DNA of 34,671 bases, from the NCBI GenBank assembly GCA_000934665.2, contig KZ538227.1, positions 62,001 through 96,671 on the forward strand, in the 5' to 3' direction. The stretch comes from Catajapyx aquilonaris. Its lineage: Eukaryota. This document shows, one piece after another, positions 10,301 to 23,555 of the stretch (positions within the stretch are counted from its first letter, which is position 1; each line of letters begins with the position of its first letter). Below the pieces are notes generated by a model. The model was given only the letters and a program-made list of their open reading frames with translations. It had not been told where the DNA came from and made no database searches. A program made the translations under genes and the position numbers.

Positions 10301-13300
10301 AGCTGGAAGATTACAAACACACTGAGATGCTCCAGGAGACCTTAGACCTCAGACTTAATCAGTGAGGCAGCTAAAGCATCCTTGTCGTGCTATGCAAAAT
10401 GTGGAGGGTGTGCCTACTCTCCGAAATTAAAATCCATCCTAAAGTTTCGCATTATAACTGTGTCTGAAAGGTATGCAGGTGGAAATTCCTCTGAGCCCTC
10501 CAAAAACAAGTCAAGAAATGTGTGGGTGGTAAATATTGTGAAATTTTCTGGACTTGTTTTTAGCTGCACTGCGTCTTGAATGGAATATTATCGCGGTCGT
10601 AATGAGCGGCGAAGCTGCCCGACCTTGTGACTGCAAGGCTAATAAAAATTTAATGTATCTGGAGCTGTTTTCTTCTATAAGGTTATTTACCGTCTAGACA
10701 AAAGCTATTAACAATGCGGCAGGAAATTCTATACAGGTCACTTCCTCTCAGCTTGTTATTGAGCCCTGTGTTTGCATGTGGGTGCGTTGCACCATACGTT
10801 GCAGCTACATTACACACAAAGCCAGTGGTTTCACGTACACTACACTATAACTTTACTGCGAACTCGTACAATGCGTCGTGCCCGGTGGTCTGTGATGTCC
10901 AAGTATTGCACCCATAGGCTACACCGCCATTTTACTATAATGCTGTTTATTGCAGGGAATAAAATTGAGTTAGTTCTATGCATGCAGTACCGTTATTGCT
11001 AATACACGAGCTCGAAACCCTTATGAGCAAGTTTTGCGGGAAAATTGCAGCGGTATGGAAATAATATTCAATAATAGTAAATCTAGTTATTCTGTAAAAT
11101 TACCTCAACTAATGTTCTCGCTTTTCCGAGGGCAATAAAAACCTTCTGGAGGATCTAGATGCTGTGCTGTGAGATGTAATCGATTTCCCATTATATATTG
11201 CATACAATGATTTGGTCAACTACAGTTTTCTCTAAATAATAGTTCGCTTTTTGTAATAATTTTGGAGTTCGCCGTCAGCGGTATACGCAAATGTGGTTGT
11301 GAAGGATGCATCCCATTAATCTAAATAAAACACATTTTTATTTTATAATTAAGTCTACAGCGATGTGATTAGAATCTATCAACTGATACGGTTGCTGGCA
11401 AGTTCATACTTAAGCTATGTATTCGCATGTTTGGTATTGCCCACAGAACTTTTAGTTTTCCTAAATTTTAGACTCTGCATCTCAAAAATTTCGATGGCCA
11501 TGTGTGTTATTTTCTCTACCAGGAGCAGTTTTGCTGTTCTCGTTTAGCATAGCAACGTTCTTTCTTCCCTACACGCTTCAGAGGTGACACATTATGAGAC
11601 TTGTTTTCGTGCCTTCAGGTTACATTATTCCAATCCCGATATAGGCGGGCTATCGATGGCTATATTATTCCCACTAGACATCGGCATGTATAAACCTAAC
11701 AATTACATATGTGGAGGATCTAACAAAAAAGGTCAAATCCTCGACAAAAAGTTGGGAGCACAATTGATCCGCTCCCACCGTAAGAGGGGGCCACTTCTGC
11801 CAAATTTGGACTTAATCTGATCCTTTCAGCCTCCGGAGGTCCTCCAGTGGCAAGTGGAGCAAAAACATCTCCCGTGTGAGACGCAATCGAAGGGAGATAT
11901 ACTAGTCCTGAGCAAATAGGTGAGGGGGGGTTGGGAGGAGGGGGAGGGAGGTTTGAAAGTGCATAGTCTGAGGAGGAAGAGGACATAATCTGGGTTGCAA
12001 ATGTGGCGGTGGCCGCGAAGGGGTCGTAAAGAGGCGGCGGATCAATGCTCCAGAAGGCGCAGTCTAATGGCCCCGAGATGGCTGCCAGGAACCATCTCCG
12101 CCGCCCAGAACAAGCCCACTTCCTACAGGACCCTATACGCACACGCCCCTTCTACACTACACACAACCAGTACTGTATATGGTCCCAGTAGGCACACAAT
12201 CCGACCAACCACTTACAACGCTGCATACCATGCAGCCAAAGAGACGTGCAAAAAACCTTTGCTGATTTGGGGCCGTCCAGAGAGCAGTTTGCTGCTGGAA
12301 AATGCTCATTTCTCTGTGGGCCGAACGGCTACAATTATTTTCTCGTGGACACACCTTTTGTAATGCGGTGTTACATGTTCTTTTTTTGCCGAGGGCTGGA
12401 TATATACCTAATGGTGGAGGCCGCCGATTAGATCCGAGCGAAAAACGTTAACAACACCGGTGAGGGATTGCTGTGATTACGCATCTATGCTAGTAGAGAG
12501 AGCCGAATTTTTCAACATGTCGAGTGAGGAGCTATATATTGATCCTTGGACACAAACAACACTGTGGACTAAAGAAATTCTACAGTAATGTATTGTGTAC
12601 AAGCATCTAGCTTAATCCGCCCTTTTGACATGGTGAACATAAAGCGGTGTTTAAATTATCAAGAATTGTCCAACATTTTAAAAATCAATATTTTCTTGCA
12701 GGCCGTCTTAATTAACGAAATTCAAGCCCCCATTCTGTTATTGTAGTTCCGCCGAAATGAGAAGATTACCGTGTCTGTGGAATAATTTAGTAACCAACTC
12801 GTTGGCCCACTGACCGAAACTGCTTAGGGTAATCCAGCAGCTGGTTAAACACAGACCAACCCTATAGTTCAGAACTGCAGACAACAAGCTGAATCCTTCC
12901 CTAATCCTACTGACGTCAACCTGAATAGCAAACCGACTCTTCTTCTACAGTGTTTGACGTCAATGCTCTCGGAACCGGTTGTATCGACTCATATTATTTA
13001 CATGCGACTAAATATAAAATTCTGCGAGGCACTAAATATTTAAATTGTGTACGAATCAGTACGTATAGTCGCAGATTTTTTCGATACACTAGTTCCTAAT
13101 TCATCCCCGTTAACAATTGGGCGGAAATAGCAATCGCACGTACAACCCGAGGCCGCCATTGTGTCCGGCAGGGTGAGAGGACTGGACATAAATGGGCGAA
13201 AAAGGAGGTTATATGGCAGTAGGTGGTAGGCAGTAAAGGTGTGGATGGCGGTAAAAGTTGGCGAGAACCCGGCTTTGATTGGCGCCCAGAGAGGAGATGG

Positions 13301-16300
13301 AGGTGCACAAAAGGTCCAAACGGCGGCTGCGAGACCCACAAACTTTTTTTCTTCTTCCTTCTTCTTCGACCGCCTCCCCACTCCATGCCATTCAGTGAAT
13401 AAATACGCAGAGAGCTTTCCTCTTCAATCCTTTTTGCCCCACTTTGCACTCGACTTAAATTTTTGCGCCCCAGGACTTTCATGCTTTACCTTAATAACAT
13501 CGGACTAAAGGCCTCTTTTCTGGAAGGATGATTATAAACACTCCGGCAAGAAGCTCGAGTCTTTCATTAATTAGAGCGTTCGCAGAAGAGGCTAAGACGA
13601 CTGTAACATTTCATTTTCTCTAATAGCTCTGTTGTCTGGCCAGGTAGAAAAAGGCTGCAAAGCTCTTATAATGCGCCTAATTGTTTCGACCTATCAAAGT
13701 TTAGTAGCTTACGAAATTATCTTGTGATATGTAATGGACCTGCAATAGATTATTATGTGCTTGGCAGTTACTAACAAAGTATTTGGTATCAACGATCACT
13801 CCTTTGAAGCTTATTTTGTCAAAATAATAATAATTCAGACAGTTTTTCAAACAAAGTGTGAAGTTCAATTTCTAACAGCTATTTTCTAGAAACGATACAT
13901 CAAAGAATTAATTATTGAACATCATGGCAGACTGTTGATAAAAATGTTTCGTTGGCTTAGTAAACACTTTTATATTAACAGTTTAACCCCCGAATAATGG
14001 GTCTATTTTAAACAAAGTACGTATATTCGCCCTCCAACACACGCTTCAAAAATTGTGTAACCAAACATGATGCATAATTTCCCTCATTCACTGTAAACAT
14101 AAAAGTTTCGTCCCCATCCTCCACCTCCCGCTTCGGGCTAGTTAGCGAAACGTTAGTTACGCAGTCAAAACCAAGTGAGAAATTTCCCTATACCCACAAC
14201 TGGATATGAGCATGTCCCCGCAGCTTCCCTGTGAAGCCCTCACCCAGCACAATGCCCATTCGAGTTGGTCCTATGGGGACTGTCAGATAGTCGCCTAAAA
14301 GCTTCATACAGTTCGGAGTTAATCCCCGCTAGATAGGATGGACAACCAAAGGGGGTGAACAATGAGCACAAGTGGATCCCAGTTGACGCAGCCTCTCTCT
14401 CCCGTCCTGTTGATTTTGCTCTCCTATCGAGTAGACCGTGTGAATGTGGTCAGCCACCCCCAGACCAACTCTGGTCCTATGCATGTGAATAAGGCGGGTT
14501 TAGACAGACACTGATAGTACTCCGATTTCGAATCTCATCTTTCGACAATAACAGGGTCAATGGACATTCCTGAGTGTATACAGCGTACATATGCAAGCGG
14601 GGTCATAAAGTAAGAGGGGGGGAGGGGGGGTGTAGTGTTTGTTATTTGGCCGAGCTGCAGGAGAGCGGACGTAATAATGCATCCCCGGCTGGTGATATCA
14701 GGGGCCGGGCTCATAAAACTCATGTCGCGACCACCTGATAAGCGGACACCCGGTATTGTTTTGGTGCAATACGGTGGATGTTGGGCTCAAGTACTTCCCG
14801 TTCAGTTTAGCGATGGGAGTTCTTTTACAAATTGGCGGTTTTCTGCTCAATTTGAGTGGTTTGAAATAACACACTCTCAAGTAGTCTCAACTGGTGCCAT
14901 TTTTGGCCAATAACGACGCCAATGCAACGAAATATCATTTGTGATTTGGGTTGCATCATGCAAGGATGAAAAGTGACCCAAATGTCGATATTGCTGTTAT
15001 TGTAGCCATAAAAATGGGAAGTCAACACGGTCGTGTTTATGCGCTGTAATTAGACAAGCATCGGATTCGATGTGCAATATTTCAAGTTGATAAAAAATTG
15101 TTTCCCCGATGCTTGGCTCTTCAGGGGGTTGATATGGACTGTATTTCACCGGCATTATTTTCGTAACGTGCATCCTGCGTTTTCAAATATTTGTAGTGGA
15201 AGGGCTATCGGGCTTGCTCAAAAACATTTCATGTTTATTGCACTTTGCCATGACTGTATGCAAAATGGTTCCAGTAAAAGTAAGCCTTACTCGTCAGATT
15301 GAATGGATTACAAGATAATGGTATAAAGAGAACCCTCTCTATGCAGTCAATGATCTAGCTAGCCTACCATGTTATTACACTTCCTCTTTCATGAATTTTT
15401 ATGTTATGCGCACTTGCGCAAACAAAATAATAACAGACCCCGCGTTTAAAAATAACGGTCAGATGTATTATTTCTCTCCGCCGGAACTTTACTGCCCATA
15501 TCCTGGGACATGCTTGCTCGGTGTTTTGGTAATTCTGCACGCGTGCACAATACAAGAATGATTCTCTTACAAATCCTGCAATATATTGCTTCTTCTCTGG
15601 GCGACATGTCTGACTGCTTCAGTCAATTGAAGAGGATATGCGAGCACAACATAATTGAAGTGTATGGTTGGGAATGGTGAAGCGTTGCCCATAAATAAAA
15701 TGTTTATATTTCGGTCACATTTTACTGGAACTAGTGAGAATCATTGGGTGCAGGATACGGAGAAACATAATGAATGACAAGTATTGAGATAAAAATTGGC
15801 CATTTAAAACTAGTTGGTCCGCTCCAAATGTGGGCCAGATACGAACAATTCCAGATCTTTTTATCGTTATTGCGTATAATGACAAATTAAAGATAAAGTG
15901 ACGTGTAGGAATTCCACCAGATAGACCTATTATTAATACTGCTCAAAAAAATTTAGTACTGTACCTTATAGTCAGTTATACTTGGGAGCACAACAGCACA
16001 ACATGTGTAACGTGCTCTTACTGTATTTTTCATTCCACTCCTCTCTGCATTGAGGTGGGAAGGAAAATGTATACGTGCATGGTGGTACTTTAAGGGTAGA
16101 GGTGTGAATGAGACTGCATGAGTGTGCGGTCTGTATTGTACAGTATATGACTGCAAAGAACATTAGTAAAGAACATGAGAGCCGATCTAAATGGACTTGA
16201 TGCAATGAATACTGTAGACTCGTGAAAGGGGTAAAATGCTGCCGTATACAGTAAGTCAGGCTATATGTCAAAATAAAACGTCTCGGACAAAGTATCCTAG

Positions 16301-16353
16301 CAGCCACCAGGACCACAGAGGTAGTCTACGGTGGTCTATGTGACCAACCAAAG

Positions 16354-16647
16354 AGTTCTGCTATAATACTAAAGGAAGCACTCCCTATCCTTTCCCATTA
16401 GCCAGGCTGAGGCAGCCGCCATCTTTACTTGGGAAATATTGTTGTTCTAAAAGTTGTCTAGCAACTGGGACAACAGCCAATAATGACAACTGGGACAACA
16501 ATTAGTCCAATAATGTCAATCGCCGCCATCTTTACTCAGGTAATATTGTTGCCTGCATTGTTGCATGCCGTATACATTTCACCCCGAGTGCTCTCTCTAT
16601 AGGTAATGTTGTATTATCTTGGTATTACAGTATATTATAGCAGAACT
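16354..16647. mobile_element. MITE-like element with 15-bp terminal inverted repeats and internal direct repeats
   Basis: AGTTCTGCTATAATA (16354-16368) and its exact reverse complement (16633-16647). Internal 30-bp imperfect direct repeat gccgccatctttact...aatattgttg (16415-16444, 16522-16551) and caactgggacaaca twice. No clear TSD. Confidence 0.65.
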
Positions 16648-18901
16648 ACACGGTCAGACCTGGTAGGAGGCTTGCCTGGAGGTCTGTCCGGTACCGTGGC
16701 AACGTACTGACCAATCACTATATAGGAAGGTTTCAATCAGTAACCGTGCTGGTAATGGCCAAACTGATATTGAAACGATACAGAAATTTCGATATGGGTA
16801 TAAATAGTTTAAAAACCTGCAATTTCATGCCCCAGCTAATTTCTGTAATATAACATCTGAAAACCAGGTAACATGCAAAGAAATAAAATTGCCACAATCA
16901 TGACAAATATATAATGAGAAAATTCTTTCATATTTTTCTTTAGGTCACAGAGCGTGACGTGTCACGCCGTATGTGGCTTGTCCCAACCTTCACTTTCGTA
17001 GTTTTGTCAATTTTCATGCAAGGCATAAGATGTTATTTCACTTGTTATATTATAGAGTAATGGAGTAATGGGAAATAAAATTGCACCTTTTGTCACTATT
17101 GACCCATATAGACAATCCATAAGAATGCCGTGAATGTTTTTCATTCTCTGCTGATTGTTTCACAGCATCAGACTACGTTTGCCTGCATTTTTTGCTATGA
17201 AGCATTACTGAACTAAAACTATCATCACTGGCAGACGAACACTCGTAGTTCTATTCTATTTAAATTTCACGTCAAGTTGCACTGCCTTACATTTTTCAAC
17301 GGCCATATGCGTCGAGTGCGCTGAACTAACACTAAGTATCCTGAAGTAGAACTTATCAATCATTGTTAATCTTACCTAAAGAAAACATGAAGCAGCACAT
17401 CCAAATCGTGCACCCAAAAGGCACTGACGTTGTTTTTGGCAAGTTTTGCAATTCGGCGACTCTCAGTCCAGTGCCCTAAGCGTGAAATGTTCATCTTGAG
17501 TGCAAATTCCCGCAATTCCCGCCCATCTCCACGGCACCATGACGAGATAGTGACAAGCATACACAAAATCCGCCTTCTTATCACCTACTAATCTGTCCTT
17601 TTGTAAAATATCGGAAACTACGGGGCCAAATAATGCGAAAATTTAAACCCAACTTAATTTATTGGCTTGAAGTTATGCAGCGAAATTTCTGCAATGTATC
17701 GTTAGCCCACTGTGGCTCCCGAGGCTGATTTACATATTATATGCATGATAATATCCAAGTTTACGCTAATTACTAATTACGAATTTATTATACACATCTT
17801 GCTCCGTTACATATAAATTTCATGAATACTTCATAGCTGATATCGACTTTTTTTTTCAATTGCAACACATTTCTGCCGAGAAGCACGATCGATTAATACA
17901 CGTTTTTTTCAGACAATAATTCTATTCTCAACCTCTTGATATAAACCCTTCCCCCATCCTGAAAATTTCCACTGCCGATCCCTGTGCTTTTTGGGCCCTA
18001 CTGCTGCTGCCTGTATCCGCCAAGAGTCCATATTGATTTTGGCGGGAACAAAAGACGCTCGCTGGCGATGAGCTTTTGCGCCGGGATTACGAATTTGGTC
18101 GCCGTTCACCTTTCAACCCACGCCGCAGGATTTGCTTTTTCCGCATTCACTACTGACTCCGAATATCCCTACCAATTTGTCTACCAAACCTCAACCAGGA
18201 ATCTACCAAGAACCTTACAAATCCAGGCAATTGTTGCCTTATTCTACAAGTCACACAACGTCAATGATTTGTGCACATTTTCAACACATTGGATCAATGC
18301 CAAGTGCGTCTGTGCACCAGTTTGGTTCGGTTTTTAAACAAATCGTGGGATGAACATTATCTGGTGGGTGTGCGCAGTGTAGTGTATACACGGTATGAAA
18401 TAGGTTCATTATCGGAAATACCTGTGAAGCCTGAATTATGCACCTTTGAGCACAAAATTGCAATGGGCTTTATGGCACATCGGGTAGATTTTGCAGCATA
18501 ATACACATTAATTTAGGGGCTGAATAATCCACGTGTACATGTGCGGAATGGCGATTTGCTTTGCAGAGGGGTGCATCGGGGTTGCTTGTTTATTTGTTAA
18601 TTTTTTACATTTTATTTTAATTATTAAAATGCCTCGTTAGAGGGTTATAATAGCCTACATGTCAAGGTGACATCTATCAGTCATACACAATTATTTAAAC
18701 GAATTAAATTTTACAACCTTTAACTATAACACAGTAGGGAATTACGAGATATGTTGAGAGTTCCAACACTGCAATTTTTGCATATAGTCTAATAATGAAT
18801 TCAGAAAATAAAATAAAGTACACGAATCTTTACAATGAGCTGAGAGTGCAACAGGACAGTGTGATTCTCTCATATGTGGGTTCTGAATAATATAGTAATA
18901 T

Positions 18902-18943
<42 letters not shown>
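18902..18943. repeat. (ACA)14 microsatellite, terminal tail of the SINE insertion
   Basis: Perfect trinucleotide run close to the left TSD copy. Confidence 0.95.
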
Positions 18944-19181
18944 CGACATTTCCCTATGAGGGGTAGTCAGCGATGAAGGGAGACGCAAGCTAACCCAACA
19001 TATGAACTAATAAAACCCATGAGAATAAACCTAACAACAAAACGTCCCACCCCCCACTCCTGCCCACCTCAGACATCACCTTATCCTCAGACATATTTAC
19101 CTATTTACCCATTAATTAACCTACGACATTTACACCTATCCAAACAAACAACCCTAGCCTCAGCCATGTCCATGGTCCTAT

Positions 19182-19218
19182 TGATGATGATGATGATAAT
19201 AATAATAATAATAATAAT
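19182..19218. repeat. (TGA)n(TAA)n compound microsatellite, internal SINE tail
   Basis: Directly visible compound trinucleotide run inside the insertion. Confidence 0.9.
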
Positions 19219-22200
19219 TTGTACACCGTGCTAGAGCCATGGGCCCTCTTAGGGGGGTGGGACACCACCATATTGTTTTTATCTGGAACTCTTGCTTTCG
19301 GTTTTTACTTCTCGTATATGGGGATGGGATAGGGACGGAAGGAAGTGGCTGTGGCCTACGGACACGACCCCGGAATTTTCCTGGTGAGACCATGGGAAAC
19401 CACAGAAAACCACGGTCAGGGTCGGCGGCCACCGGGATTCGAACCCAGGACCTCCCGATTAGCAGTCGGATACCATATCCCCTCCGCTACCACTGCTTCG
19501 GTCGGGTTCTGAATAATATCAGATGTGACATGTTTATTTGCATTATTATACGAATAAAAAGTGGAGCGAGAATCGATAAATACGCAAACCAAAAACTACA
19601 GGTAATTAACAGTACGACAAATATCAATCAGCAAAACGCTAGTTTCTGGCGTCGTGGTTTTGTCCATCGAAACAATAACCTGCCAGGGCACACAGGAATA
19701 TTGAACATGCACACACATCCTGTATAAACAAAAATACAGCTGCAAATTTCGTGTGGCACGTGCTGTTTGGATCTCTGTTGCAATTATCATTAACAATAAG
19801 CAATACAAGGTTTATGTGTGCATGATGGCCTATATCAGATAGCATGGCGCAAACAGGCAACTGCGTTGGTTTCCAATATAGCAAGTTGCGTGCTTGCGTC
19901 ATGTCCCCAGGAATAGTCACAGTACACCGAGTAAATAGAAACATCAATGTCAAGAGAGATAAGACTGTTAAAACATCCCATAAATTTTGTTTTTCGGACA
20001 GTTACACATTATGAGTTACCTACGCAGCACTGTGCCATCTGCAAGCCATAGTTCCACAATAAAGTATATCATACTGTCCACTGAAATATTCCAAGCCTCA
20101 CACCAAGACTCATGTTCATCCAATTCCAAATCACTCCTGCTATGACCCAACCAGCTGAACTCTGTCCAGGTTAGGGGGCCAATAATCGCTCCAAAATACT
20201 GCTATGAGCCCGGGATACCATTAAGCGGTGTAAATTGCTCGCTTATTCTCTGGCAAAGGATCAGAATCCACATTCGTATGTGTTGTGCTGCCGGATTATT
20301 TCTCTCCCTCCATTTTTGATCGTTTTTTAAGTCAGGTTTGCAACAAAAAAGGGGGTACCCAAAGCATGGCTTAAAAAGAAGCCCTATTATCGCGGCCATT
20401 GGGAGCGGACGGTCCGATGCGTTTATAATGTGCACGCACTCATTTGAGTAGGCAAGTCGGCTGTGAAAACGCCGGACAAACCTCCCACCTCGATACGTGC
20501 ATAAACACAGGCGCTAGGGAATGATTACATTTTGCGGCGTGGAAAGGACAAATCCTAAATTCATTTGGGCTGAATCGATGATATTCCGGGGGCCAGCTGG
20601 CGGCTTGCTCTGTGTGTGGACCACTCTCCACCCAAAATCCATTCCCAGTGTGATGTGATGATGGTCTACCCTGTGCCCCAATATACAGGGTGAACCAGTA
20701 TGGGACAGTTGTATATTTCGTCGAAGCAAATGAAAAACTAACATAACTTCACAAGTGTCCTATATATAGGACGGTAGCCATATTAGCAGAACTAGCAAAA
20801 TATTCCGTTTTCATTCCAGCATTTTTTTTTTTGTCAGTTCCATAAAAGTTCGACGCATAGTGGATACCATATGCAGACCACAAATGAATTTTAAAAATAA
20901 TATTCTGCGCACTTGTTAGCGGCATGTGCTGGGTGATGAGCTGTGCGTGTTTGAATGCGTGAAATAACGACAACAATGTGTGTTCAGCAGATTTGGCGTG
21001 GATGTAATTTTCCGGCTCGATATTATGTCAAGTGACGGATATCAGCACGTTCTCATTATTACAACAGCGGTACTTAAGGGCTGATTATTTATTCCATTCA
21101 TTTAGTCTGCACGCAGTTTGTGTCACAACAAAAGTTTCAAATTGGTTGTGTACACTCTACAGGGCATGTCAATCATTAATGCAGATCACGGTCGAAATAT
21201 TTATCGCCGCAAAAGTGCAGTTTTTCAAAGTCTATCCGTCATTCTGGCGGATTAAACTTGTGCCAGCGTAAGGTTACACAGGACATGTGAACACTATTTC
21301 ATACCACCTGTAACATAATTAGAATGAGGTGACTTTTTAAATGCACTGTAACGTTGCATCAGTGACGTGAAAAACACTCAAATTACGCAGGCAGAAGGAC
21401 TCTTAAAACTTTTACGCAAGAGACACCTCTGAAGTACAACGATGGAGGAGAAAGATTAAAGTGCCTCTCCTCCTGGAGAAAACTGGACCGAGTGAGACTC
21501 TTTCAGCAAAAAACTTTCCGACGACGAAATATGATATAATTGGCCATTATTTTCTTGGTCGCCATGACCACCAGTTCATGTCTCTACAGACACAACCTGC
21601 GCACAGAGTTTATCAAAGGACGTTGTGTGCCAGGCCTTTTCTTATTTTGATTTAATAGTCGTGTTAAGGAATATCTGTTCTATAGTGCAGCATGGTACAG
21701 TTGCAATTTGATGTCACTTAAAAATTTTATTGTGTATTAATCAACTTGGTGTACTCTACAACATGGAAGAGGTGAGGAGCATTGCACGTTGATCAATAAT
21801 AATACTTGAAGCGTTTAATGCCTCCAGACTCCCTTTCAAGAAGTTTTCTTCAGAGTCGCTGTCGCAAGTAATTGAGCGAAGTAAAGTAATCGAGATATCC
21901 AATTAATTCTTACTGCATAAACAATCGAAGGCATAAATTAGACCTCCACTGTGGCACAAGTGGACCAAACCTGTAACTTGCTTAAATATTTACATAATCG
22001 GCCGGCACGAATTCGGCGATGCTGCTCCCCAAGTAATTGTGTAAACAAGAGCGTCATTAACTGTCGCATCATTGTGGAGACATGCAAAGTTCATTATTGC
22101 AGTCCCTTTTTTCCTCTTTGATTAACCTGATATATTTTATCTGTGGAGGTTATTGATCACCCGTGCAATTTGTTATCATTGGATTTGGTTTCAAACGTAT

Positions 22201-23460
22201 ATTTTGTATCGACAGTTTCCACGATATAAACGTTCACTACCGGGCTTATCGTAAGCGCCGTCATAATGATGCTCTTGATATTGACTGGGAATGCCTAATA
22301 AAGCGGTTGTAACCGCATACGTTACAAAAACGATAGTGGGTTCATCGCTCAATACAGATCTTTATTGTGTACGAGTGTACAGAGATATACGGGAAAAGAA
22401 AGGGAAGTACCGGATATCAGAGGCAAGGACAAGCAGGAGGGATTTGGCTCAGTGAACTACCCAATAACGACTGGCCATGAGTATCCGGAGGTCCCCCCGT
22501 TTTATGCCATCCAAAAACCCAATGCATGATGGGTGGAGTGGGGCAANCTACCGCAGGGCAACAAATAAAATGCGAGTCATGCTACAAAGGGACACGGTGA
22601 CGCCAAACACAAAGCATTTTATACTTGAGCAACTATACGCACAATAAAATTCAATGGATTTCAGTAGTTTTAGATTACGAATTTTTCAATTAACAGTAGC
22701 ATATCGGACAATATTTGATTGGACGCAAACTGTCACTTACTCTCAATATATTGTTATATGATGTATTGCTTCAGTCAAAATGCAGTGTGTTTACTTATAA
22801 AATACTGAATAGCCTACACGAAGTTTTCATTTTCAAGTAAGTTCAACAATTACATAAATTTAATTTTATAAATTCGAGTGAAAATTAATTTGATGCCGTT
22901 GTTTGCAGAATGACTATGATTGAAAATTTTCACCCCAGATTTTCATGAATGTAGTAGTTTCAACTGACGCTGAATCCAATCACTGCACTGCTTCGGTAAT
23001 TCTGTAATGCAATCAGACCTGTACGTACAGACCTAGTACACCAGAAGTAATCCACAATGAAAAGTACAGAAAAAAAACCCAGTCGCTAATCCAGGTGTGG
23101 ACGAGTTAAATCTGGGCCCGATTTCATCAGAAACTAACTGCGACTAGGTACAAAATCCCTCCTTTCCTAATGAGACCCGACTAATTCCCATTCAATTTGT
23201 TCCCCTCCTCTTCATCTGATTAAACCGAAAGACAACCTGCTGCCGCTTTCATTTTTACCCCTTTCCACCACTCGTTTTTTTCTCTCTCCCAGTAGCTAAC
23301 AACCTAGCTGTCTCACCAACACATTGCACAGTTCCTCCTGGAATTTAATTACAGGGATAGCTCCAGCCCCACAGATGTTGGAGACAAAATATGAATTGGA
23401 TCTGGCTTGTAAATATGGTTCAACTCTGGCATGGTATTTAGGGCTAAATCGTAGGACTAA

Positions 23461-23555
23461 ACAGGATCGAACAGGATCGAGCAGGATCGAACAGGATCGA
23501 GCAGGATCGAACAGGATCGAACAGGATCGAACAGGACCAAACAGGATCGAACAGG
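23461..23555. repeat. 10-bp minisatellite (ACAGGATCGA) x ~9.5
   Basis: Nine full units, including variants gcaggatcga (x2) and acaggaccaa (x1), plus a partial unit. Confidence 0.95.

Larger units (their letters stand above)
18894..19503 (-). mobile_element. tRNA-derived SINE insertion (composite, two tails) with 16-bp target-site duplication
   Basis: TSD GGGTTCTGAATAATAT at 18878-18893 and 19504-19519. The minus-strand head has A-box-like TAGCGGAGGGG, an anticodon-like hairpin CCGA-CTGCTAA-TCGG and B-box GGTTCGAATCC (19445-19435). The body GGTTTTCTGTGGTTTCCC...CAGGAAAATTCCGGG resembles arthropod SINE central domains. There is an internal (ATT)n(ATC)n tail and a terminal (TTG)n tail. Confidence 0.92.

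Noticed and set aside
11720..12142. 140-aa Pro/Ser-rich minus-strand ORF in a GC-rich block
   Set aside because: Low-complexity driven, with no domain motif or convincing splice sites; it could be a retroelement remnant but I cannot support that.
19420..19503. Apparent tRNA gene (B-box, anticodon-like hairpin)
   Set aside because: It lacks a proper acceptor stem and D-arm, and is the head of the TSD-flanked SINE.
19239..19727. 162-aa plus-strand ORF, the longest in the track
   Set aside because: It runs antisense through the SINE and across its TSD into flanking DNA, so it is a chance ORF.
22445..22570. A-box-like TGGCTCAGTG and ATCCGGAGGTCCC suggesting a second SINE head
   Set aside because: No intact B-box, tail or TSD; the region also contains an ambiguous base at 22547.
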